A stretch of DNA of 61,659 bases from an uncultured Thermoplasmatales archaeon (GTDB lineage Archaea > Thermoplasmatota > Thermoplasmata > Thermoplasmatales > GCA-001856825), in assembly GCA_964389625.1 (NCBI GenBank), contig CAYMEF010000002.1:1-61659 (forward strand), given 5' to 3'. Shown piece after piece: positions 19,568 to 27,257 of this stretch. The notes under the pieces were generated by a model. That model did no database searches and was not told where the DNA came from. It saw nothing but the letters and a program-made list of their open reading frames with translations. The position numbers and the translations under genes were made by a program. Every line of letters begins with the position of its first letter. The first letter of the stretch is position 1.

Positions 19568-22165
19568 TTGGTTGGTAATGTTATCATGAGAGTGGAACAT
19601 GGTCTGCTGATTGGACAGAAAATTGAGTTGATTGCGCTGCTGGTAGTAGCGCTGGTCTCAATGTCTGCTCTCTCCGGCGGATGCGTTTCATCTTTAATCT
19701 CCTCCCCTGCCATCGTTCCAGCAGATACTGGCGTCAATGTTGCCACTTTTGCAATCCATGATCTTACCATTTTTTCTGTTACTATATCCCCTGTTAATCC
19801 CATTATTGACATAAACCAGTCAGTAACTTTCACTGCAACGGATAGTCAGTCCCTCACTTACACCTACGTCTGGTTCCTGAACAGCAAGGAAGTTGGCTCC
19901 AATTCTTCTACCTATACTTTCACACCAACGTCCACTGGCAGCTATTCTGTATATGTGAATGCCACTTCACAAGGAATTTCAAGGAATTCTAATACAGCAA
20001 GTGCGACAGTGGACAGTACCCCTACGGTCAGCATTTCACCCACCACAAAGAAGATAACAGTTGGACAATCGGTAACTTTCCAATCCAATGTGACCGGAGG
20101 TACGGGGACGTTCAGCTACTTATGGTACCTCAACGGGACGAAGACTTCCGTTACGACATCAACTTATACATTAACCCCAGCTGGAAATGCAACATACTAC
20201 GTCTACTTAATGGTCAATGACACTGGAACAACTTATGGCACACCCACCATATCGGTAAAGTCTAACAACGCCCAGATTACAGCCGTGTTTGTGACTTATC
20301 CTGTGGAATTCTCCGAATCGGGACTCCCAGCTGGGACAAAATGGTACGTGAACCTTACGAATGGACAATCGCGTTCCGTAGTTGGTTCACTCATCCTGTT
20401 TTACGAACCAAACGGAACTTATACCTACACCATTTCCTCAGGAAATAAAGTGTACGCTCCCAGCCCTTCATATGGTACTTTCACAATTTATGGCGACACG
20501 GTATCCTTTACAATCACGTTCCAGCCAGTCACGTATCCAGTCTCTTTCAATGAGACAGGACTCCCCAACGGAACTGTCTGGTATGTAAACGTTTCTGGTC
20601 AACCGTCTCTGCCTTCAGCTCACTCAATAATCACTTCGTCACTTTCGAATGGTAGTTACACTTTTACCATATCTACGGTAAACAAGGAATACTATCCAAC
20701 ACCCTACTCGGGATCTATAAGAGTGAATGGGCACGCTGTGACAGTAAGCGTAGAATTCTCCATATTTACATATCCCGTGGAATTCACAGAAAATGGCCTG
20801 CCAGTGAACACCGAGTGGTTTCTTGCGGTGACGAGCAACACGTCGATCAGTCAATATAATTCATCAGGTTCATCCTTTTCCCAGACAATATCTTTGAGTT
20901 TACCCAACGGGACTTATAATTATTCCATTGTATCTGGGATTGATACATTTGGCCCGTTTCCAGCCAATGGCACCTTCCAAATATCTGGCAATCCCGTCTC
21001 AAAATCCGTTCAGTTCCTAAGATTATATACAGTCACATTTGTTGAAACTGGTCTGCCGATCTCTTCAAGTCCAAATCTCAAATGGTTCTTGAACATAACA
21101 GACCCCCAGTACTACAGCTCTAAGACTAGCACCATATCTTTCTGGGAACCCAATGGAACATATTCATACTCAGTTTCGACAAACGACAGATGGTATGTAC
21201 CTTTCAACTCTACTAGAACTGGCTCATTCACGGTGAATGGTTCTGCAATTACCCCGTTTCCTTCAAGCTCCCCAATAGTGTTCAATGAACTTTTCAACGT
21301 GACGTTCAAGGAGCAGAAGCTTCCCAATGGAAGCCGCTGGTTTGCAAACGTTACTAATGGAGGATCATACTTCTCCACGAACAGTACTATCACTTTTACA
21401 GCTATAAATGGCAGTTACTCATATGAGATCTCGACAGGAAACAAGCTGTACAGGCCATCTCCCTTTAGTGGGATCTTTAATCCAAATCAAACTTCCTTTC
21501 CCATCCTTGTACAATTCAATCTTGTAACCTATCCAGTAACGTTTTCCGAAAAGGGTCTTACGAACGGTACTTTCTGGTCAATAATAATAAACAACATCAC
21601 TCGAATATCTACGAATCAAAGCATTTTTTTCAAACTCAGCAACGGGAGTTACGAATACTCCATTCAGGCACTCTCCGGGTTCTCTACCAGCGAATATATT
21701 GGGAATATTACAGTCAACGGAAGCCCGATCATAGAACCTGTAACCTGGAATCTTGTCACGTACCCAATAAATGTAACTCAGTCGGGTATACCGGCAGGCA
21801 AGAGCTGGTCAGTGACCCTTCAGGGAGAGACATTCAACAAGGTCCCAATTTCGATCACCATAAACACGACAAAGACATTTGTTACGTTCTACGAACCCAA
21901 CGGGACATATAATTATACCATTAATGCTCCATTCGGTTACACTGGCAGTCATGTGGTTGGAAGGGTTGTAGTAAACGGCAAGCCAACCTCAACTGCTGCA
22001 ACACTAGTGCCGCCAAACTTCAAGCTAATCGGAATAATTGGCGTAGTCATAGTTGCAGTTCTTGCTGTCATCCTCTTTCTTATCAACAGGCACGAGAACA
22101 GGAGTTTCTTCGTGAGAGATGGAAGGTACGTTAAGAATGGAAAGTATCTCAAGTACAAGAAATAA
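19568..22165 (+). CDS. surface protein (865 aa): N-terminal signal with Cys-containing 'LSGGC' motif, 2 Ig/PKD-like repeats, 7 'VxFxExGLP' modules, C-terminal TM anchor and basic tail
   Basis: The likely true start is ATG 19586 (MRVEHGLL...), with 'cataaatataa' about 25 nt upstream. 'VEFSESGLPAGTKWYVNLT', 'VSFNETGLPNGTVWYVNVS' and similar modules. C-terminal 'LIGIIGVVIVAVLAVILFLI' is followed by 'NRHENRSFFVRDGRYVKNGKYLKYKK'. Confidence 0.85.
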   Translation: MVGNVIMRVEHGLLIGQKIELIALLVVALVSMSALSGGCVSSLISSPAIVPADTGVNVATFAIHDLTIFSVTISPVNPIIDINQSVTFTATDSQSLTYTYVWFLNSKEVGSNSSTYTFTPTSTGSYSVYVNATSQGISRNSNTASATVDSTPTVSISPTTKKITVGQSVTFQSNVTGGTGTFSYLWYLNGTKTSVTTSTYTLTPAGNATYYVYLMVNDTGTTYGTPTISVKSNNAQITAVFVTYPVEFSESGLPAGTKWYVNLTNGQSRSVVGSLILFYEPNGTYTYTISSGNKVYAPSPSYGTFTIYGDTVSFTITFQPVTYPVSFNETGLPNGTVWYVNVSGQPSLPSAHSIITSSLSNGSYTFTISTVNKEYYPTPYSGSIRVNGHAVTVSVEFSIFTYPVEFTENGLPVNTEWFLAVTSNTSISQYNSSGSSFSQTISLSLPNGTYNYSIVSGIDTFGPFPANGTFQISGNPVSKSVQFLRLYTVTFVETGLPISSSPNLKWFLNITDPQYYSSKTSTISFWEPNGTYSYSVSTNDRWYVPFNSTRTGSFTVNGSAITPFPSSSPIVFNELFNVTFKEQKLPNGSRWFANVTNGGSYFSTNSTITFTAINGSYSYEISTGNKLYRPSPFSGIFNPNQTSFPILVQFNLVTYPVTFSEKGLTNGTFWSIIINNITRISTNQSIFFKLSNGSYEYSIQALSGFSTSEYIGNITVNGSPIIEPVTWNLVTYPINVTQSGIPAGKSWSVTLQGETFNKVPISITINTTKTFVTFYEPNGTYNYTINAPFGYTGSHVVGRVVVNGKPTSTAATLVPPNFKLIGIIGVVIVAVLAVILFLINRHENRSFFVRDGRYVKNGKYLKYKK
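20287..22010 (+). repeat. seven tandem ~80-90-codon 'VxFxExGLP' modules
   Basis: Same module family as at 18058-19265 and in the minus-strand gene 4120-8646. Confidence 0.75.
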
Positions 22166-22205
22166 TTGCTTTATTCAATCCGAAATCTATGCAAAAACGA
22201 GCGAG

Positions 22206-23279
22206 TTACTCTTGGACTTTCTTGAATATTGAACCCGTCTTTAAATCCTTTTCAGACTGAGAAGATACGATACCCTTTGAGGTGATCTTGTAAAAGAATG
22301 GGTATGGGCTGTATGCCCCGCCTCTCATTTTTATGATGGATGCCTTTCTAATACCGGCAGTGGGGTCCTCCATCTCGAGCTTTATTACACCTGACACGAA
22401 ATACTCTTCAATACCATACATGCTGACATCGCTCTTCATAACTGGGCTCGTAACAAGCATATATGTGTGCGGAATTGCAAGTGACATGAAGAACTGATTC
22501 ACGAAATCGTCGTTCTCAACTATCATGGGCGTGATGGGATCTATCGCAATGCGGGTTATATTAGACTCCACGGTTATTCTGTTTATCTCGCTTGAGAGCC
22601 TCGTTATGTACTTCGTCCTGTTCTTCAGATTCTCAAGAACGTCTTCCTTTAGTTCCCTAATCCTATCGGAGAGCTCTATCACTTCAATGGTTCCATCTTT
22701 GTAGTATTCTTCGAATCCAAAGTTGAATGTCTTCGCATTCGCGATGTACTCTGCTCCTCTCGTATCTGTAAGTATGATCGCACCCTTTTCCCCCAACCGA
22801 GCCCCTTGAACGAGGAATTGAGTACAGGTAGTTGTCTTTCCGACTCCCGTCTTACCGGATATCATGTACACATTTCCACGCTTCATCGCACCTCCGAGGG
22901 ATTCGTCAAGTTCCTTTACCCCGAAAACGTCCGATTTCGACTTTGTCTGCTGTCTCTGATCTATCGTGATTATATTGTACATGTGAGTCAGGTTAATTTC
23001 AGTGTCGTCAAGGTCCTTATTTACTACAAGCGCCTTTAGAGATATTCCACAGTCTCCTGCTACCGCATTGAATTTCATTATATCGCTGACAAGATCGTCT
23101 GAAATCCCGTGAAGAACAGCAACCTTTATGTTTTCGTCCCTTTTGGACGTAACGACCAGATCGAACTTGTGTACTGCCCCTGATTTACCAGTAATTTTGA
23201 CATTACTGCCCCACGTGAATTCGCTGTCTAACTCGAACTCTTCCGCTACTTTAGCAACATTAATGGAGTCCACCGTCAT
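22206..23279 (-). CDS. KaiC/RecA-superfamily ATPase with an additional ~105-aa N-terminal domain
   Basis: Walker A 'GKTGVGKTT', a Walker B-like 'GAIILTD', and the KaiC-like C-terminus 'IIKMRGGAY...FYKITSKGI'. The N-terminal 'GKSGAVHKFDLVVTSKRDENIKVAVLHG' is an extra domain. 'gatataaatg' (reverse complement of 23304-23313) lies 25 nt upstream of the ATG. Confidence 0.8.
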   Translation of the reverse strand: MTVDSINVAKVAEEFELDSEFTWGSNVKITGKSGAVHKFDLVVTSKRDENIKVAVLHGISDDLVSDIMKFNAVAGDCGISLKALVVNKDLDDTEINLTHMYNIITIDQRQQTKSKSDVFGVKELDESLGGAMKRGNVYMISGKTGVGKTTTCTQFLVQGARLGEKGAIILTDTRGAEYIANAKTFNFGFEEYYKDGTIEVIELSDRIRELKEDVLENLKNRTKYITRLSSEINRITVESNITRIAIDPITPMIVENDDFVNQFFMSLAIPHTYMLVTSPVMKSDVSMYGIEEYFVSGVIKLEMEDPTAGIRKASIIKMRGGAYSPYPFFYKITSKGIVSSQSEKDLKTGSIFKKVQE

Positions 23280-23446
23280 TACGGATTATGGAGGCCCAAG
23301 GCCCATTTATATCTTTCTCTAAAAGATTTATTCTGCGGTCAATGCAACTAACAATATCTCAAATATATTTTCTATTATATAAAAATATCAATGCTGGTAC
23401 GCTGTTAGTCCTAGGAACTACTAACCAATAATCCTAATTGTGGCGA

Positions 23447-24307
23447 CTAAGCACTGTTAGCGGCCTTGGATCGTTCACTACTTGAAGTAAAGTTTTCGAT
23501 GCTTTCCACTTTAAACGATGGCAGAGTTTCACTAGACTCGTAGAGTCTTAGAAGGAACGGTTTAAGTAGGAATGTAGGAAGATGGACCATACCCTTAACG
23601 GAGTGTAGATCGTGCAATTCTAGATATGAGGCCAAGGGTATGTGATCCTTATCAATGGCATTAAGAAGATGTAGGGTCGGCTCATTTTCCATGTCGATGA
23701 GAGCGACGGATTGTTTATCGTCCAGATCATATGCTAGGGCGCTGGCCGTGTTTCTATGGCTATTCTTCCACTCTACAATGTACCTTTTCTTGTTATTTTT
23801 CTTGAAGGCGAAGGTCACAACTGACAGCGGCATTCTCACGTTGATTTCATCCAAAATTTTGCTGATGCTTGCAGTGGGTTTCAGTTGAATTTCATCCACA
23901 TTTTGATCGAGTGATACTAAGAGCCGCAGCAGGTTGCCTGCTTCTTTCAACTGAGACGAATGGAATCTGAAGCTGGCGTGAATCCTTTTTCCTCTAGTGA
24001 ACAATTCCCCGTCAGCAAGTGTTGGAACCATCCCAACATTTTCGCTCACAGTCCTTACAACCGCATTGTCTATCTTTTCGGTTATTACCAAGATATCTCC
24101 CATCAGGACTGGATTCATAGTTTCCAGTAGTACTCTATTGTTTTCAGAAATACCGCTCAGGAAGAATGTAGCATAAATTTCATCTTTGTGGTTATAGAGA
24201 TTTATAGGCACCGGCGTATCCTTTACTATAGCAGAGAGAACAAAACTGTTAATTGGCGTTGAAAAGCTTAAGGTCATGTTCAAGCGCTTATCTGCGATGC
24301 TAAGCAT
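23447..24307 (-). CDS. uncharacterised protein, paralog 1 of a local three-member family (286 aa)
   Basis: It shares the N-terminus 'MLSIADKRLNM' and the central 'HASFRFHSSQL' block with ORFs 24406..25338 and 26175..27098. No TM segment or known motif. Confidence 0.6.
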   Translation of the reverse strand: MLSIADKRLNMTLSFSTPINSFVLSAIVKDTPVPINLYNHKDEIYATFFLSGISENNRVLLETMNPVLMGDILVITEKIDNAVVRTVSENVGMVPTLADGELFTRGKRIHASFRFHSSQLKEAGNLLRLLVSLDQNVDEIQLKPTASISKILDEINVRMPLSVVTFAFKKNNKKRYIVEWKNSHRNTASALAYDLDDKQSVALIDMENEPTLHLLNAIDKDHIPLASYLELHDLHSVKGMVHLPTFLLKPFLLRLYESSETLPSFKVESIENFTSSSERSKAANSA

Positions 24308-24405
24308 TTAAGGGTGAAACGCGTTGGTATTTATTAATTGTTCTTCGAGATACCGTATAACACAAAATCAGTTAAGTATTAATTTCAAAAGAAATTGACT
24401 TTGCG

Positions 24406-25338
24406 ATGCTTTTAAGGGAGATTGACAAAGAGCTCGATATGGAATGCAAGATAGTCTTTAACAAGGATGACAGAATTTTCAGCCTATCCAAGGCTTTAAA
24501 CCGAACGTTCCAGGCTTTTGTTGAGACCAAAAATGGCGAAAGGGTCCTGTCAGTTTACGTTCCAAAGGGGGCGGTAGAAGAAGCTGGTAATATGGCAAAA
24601 TTCTTGACCTCTGGCTCGGAGAACGAAAGATTCCTGATTTCCGACATTCCAATCGAAGACTCAATTTTCGAGTTTCTGATCGCTCTCGGCAAGATAGAAT
24701 CTACCTCCACTTTTGATGTCTTTATACAGAAAGGAAAAATGACAGTTCGATTCAGGTTTCACAAATCTGCGATCCCTAACATCTCTCAGGTTCTCGCTAA
24801 GAATGACATTCTGAAGCACCTCGTTAAAGAAATAAGCATACTTCCAACTGCCGGTTTCATAACTTATCTTGACATAAAGAACAAGGAGTTTTCCCTGCAC
24901 CTAATAGAATACTCGATGCCATTCTCAATAATAAAGAATGAACAGATCAAGTCACTCTTCAAAAATGGCGCAATAGCCGAAGTTGTTAACGTTTTTTCAG
25001 ATACCAGTAATCACAAATTGCTGATATATGGGGCGAAGGGGAGTAAGACGGACCTCAAGCCCATTTCCCCTGGTTCTGATATCTATGAGGTTCCTCTAGA
25101 AACACTAGAAGTCGAATCATTTAACGTACTGACCAACGTTTTCAATTCAAAGGGAATTAAGAGGTACAACATTTTTTACAAAAAAGTGGACGATACGTTC
25201 AGAATCTTGACTTTTCTGGAAAGATACGATGCCATGAAGCACATATCTGAATTGTTCATTTTCTATAATAGACTTAACCAGACAGTTGACTTGTCACTTT
25301 CAATGGGATATACGCCTGAAATGTTGGAATCGCTCTGA
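24406..25338 (+). CDS. uncharacterised protein, paralog 2 (310 aa)
   Basis: Collinear with 26175..27098 over the full length ('MLLREIDKELDMECKIVFNKDDRIFSLS' versus 'MQLKEVDKKLDMQGTIVFSKNDRIFQLS'; 'VRFRFHKS' versus 'VKFRFHHT'). Confidence 0.65.
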   Translation: MLLREIDKELDMECKIVFNKDDRIFSLSKALNRTFQAFVETKNGERVLSVYVPKGAVEEAGNMAKFLTSGSENERFLISDIPIEDSIFEFLIALGKIESTSTFDVFIQKGKMTVRFRFHKSAIPNISQVLAKNDILKHLVKEISILPTAGFITYLDIKNKEFSLHLIEYSMPFSIIKNEQIKSLFKNGAIAEVVNVFSDTSNHKLLIYGAKGSKTDLKPISPGSDIYEVPLETLEVESFNVLTNVFNSKGIKRYNIFYKKVDDTFRILTFLERYDAMKHISELFIFYNRLNQTVDLSLSMGYTPEMLESL

Positions 25339-25607
25339 TCCGCACACTCTAAACTCGACAGAAAAGGATAAGCCAATATACATTCACAGTTTTTATTTTC
25401 CGACGGAGGTAGGTAGAGTCAATTGTAGTATTCCCTTATTATATTTTTATTTTTTAATTAAAACGAGCATATTGCTTACATCATATTATCAGTTAAGATA
25501 CTTTCATTATTTGATATTCTAAAATTCAAAACTTGAAATTTGGCATATCGATATCCGAGTGAAGGATTTAACCTCAGATTCGCTAAGGATTGTGAGAGTT
25601 GTGCAAA

Positions 25608-26075
25608 ATGGAGAACTTTCTTGTTTCGTATGGTTCCGTAAGGGATTTGGAACTGCTTGTAGAGCATCGCCTTAACATGTGGAAAGACATCCACCCCGAC
25701 TTGGTTGATCAAATTGAATCTTCAAGAGAATTCACAAGTAGATGGATCTAGAGAAAGCTTCAAACAAACGAGCTCATCGCTTTCATAGTAAAAGGCAACG
25801 ATGGAGTCGTAATGGGATCTGGCTGCATTCTGATAAAGGAGGATCAGCCCAGAGCAAGTACGTTGAAACTATCGTTTCCATACATTCTGTCCATGTTTAC
25901 TGAACCCGAATATCGTGGGAAGGGGGTAGCCTCTGCAATAGTAAGAGAGGCCATTGGATGGAGCAGGAGAAACGGTTATGATAGAATCTCGTTGCATGCG
26001 TCAGATAAAGGGAGATCCCTCTATGAAAAGTTTGGGTTTCTTCAAACAAATGAGATGAGACTTAGGCTCGTCTAG
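25608..26075 (+). pseudogene. GNAT family N-acetyltransferase interrupted by one in-frame TAG (25749-25751)
   Basis: ATG 25608 and ORF 25812..26075 are in the same frame, separated only by the amber codon. The downstream part carries the GNAT acetyl-CoA motif 'YRGKGVASAIVREAIGWSRRNGY' and 'LYEKFGF'. Confidence 0.6.
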
Positions 26076-26174
26076 GTTTTTTTGGCCGGTCTTCAAATCT
26101 GGGGAATCTGTCTTATTGCGGGTCTACGATTTTTGAAGAGTAAAACGTTAATTTGGTAAAGAAATACTCATTGG

Positions 26175-27098
26175 ATGCAGCTCAAGGAAGTGGACAAGAA
26201 ACTGGACATGCAGGGTACCATTGTTTTCAGCAAGAATGACAGAATCTTTCAATTGAGTAGAATCAACAATCGCGTCTATCAATGTATCATTGAGAAAAAC
26301 GAAGAACAAAAGTCCCTCCTTGTCTTACTGGGAAAGGAAAAGTATAATTCTGGCACGGAGGAACTGAAGTTTTTTCAAACATCCACCGACAATGCAGGAA
26401 GAATTGTTGCCAGAGTTTCGCTAGAGGAAGCGATTTTTAAACTTCTCTTGGGACTCGTCGAAGTTAGCTCTGTATCTGGGTTGAGTCTTATGGTCTACAA
26501 TGGATCCCTTTTGGTCAAATTCCGTTTCCACCACACGTTTACCTCAGGCGTCTCTAGAATCCTTCAGCAGTGCGTAAGACTGGTGCACATTGTTAAAGAG
26601 ATCTTGATTGAGCCGACAGAGGGCATCATCGCCGAACTGGATAGGAGAAGCCAGGAAACACCCTTATCGGTACTGGCTGTCGATCTCCCTCTAACGCTGG
26701 TGAACAACGAACAGTCGATCTCGATACTCGCCAATGGAGGAATAGGCGAATTCGCTGGAATTGTCTCTCCAACACCCTCTTACAAGTTTCTTTATTACAG
26801 CCCTTCCGAAGTAGGCGACAGCTTGACCGTAGTGGACAGAGAGAATCACATATACGAGAGCCGTTCAAATGTAGAGATCCTGGGCCTTATAACGCAGCTG
26901 CTGCGTAATGCGCACATCAAACCACATCTGATAGCATTCCGAGCCAGCGGAAACTCGCTTAGGTCTTACTTGTTTGTTGAGAAGGAAGACGCAGTCAGGG
27001 TCATTTCTGGGGGATTCAAGGTTGTATCTCGTGCTTCCGTCGATGTTGGGCTCGCCCTTGCTGTGGACTACTCGCCAGATGTCTGGGGCTTGTTATGA
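26175..27098 (+). CDS. uncharacterised protein, paralog 3 (307 aa)
   Basis: See paralog 2. Full-length collinear similarity. Confidence 0.65.
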   Translation: MQLKEVDKKLDMQGTIVFSKNDRIFQLSRINNRVYQCIIEKNEEQKSLLVLLGKEKYNSGTEELKFFQTSTDNAGRIVARVSLEEAIFKLLLGLVEVSSVSGLSLMVYNGSLLVKFRFHHTFTSGVSRILQQCVRLVHIVKEILIEPTEGIIAELDRRSQETPLSVLAVDLPLTLVNNEQSISILANGGIGEFAGIVSPTPSYKFLYYSPSEVGDSLTVVDRENHIYESRSNVEILGLITQLLRNAHIKPHLIAFRASGNSLRSYLFVEKEDAVRVISGGFKVVSRASVDVGLALAVDYSPDVWGLL

Positions 27099-27257
27099 TC
27101 AAAGCGCTGCGGGTATCGGCATATTATTTATTTTATAAGATGTGTAACTTTATTTATTATACCAAATAAAGAAATACCCTTCACATTAAAATAACAAGTG
27201 CTTAGGCTTCATTTTTATTGTATGAACCACTTAGTAGTAAAAAAATGGTGACTCAAA

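Noticed and set aside
19640-19690. 'SALSGGC' in the signal region of the 865-aa protein as a bacterial-type lipobox.
   Set aside because: It is only a loose fit to L-(A/S)-(G/A)-C (here S-G-G-C), and archaeal lipoprotein processing is poorly defined. I noted it in the feature evidence but did not call it a lipoprotein.
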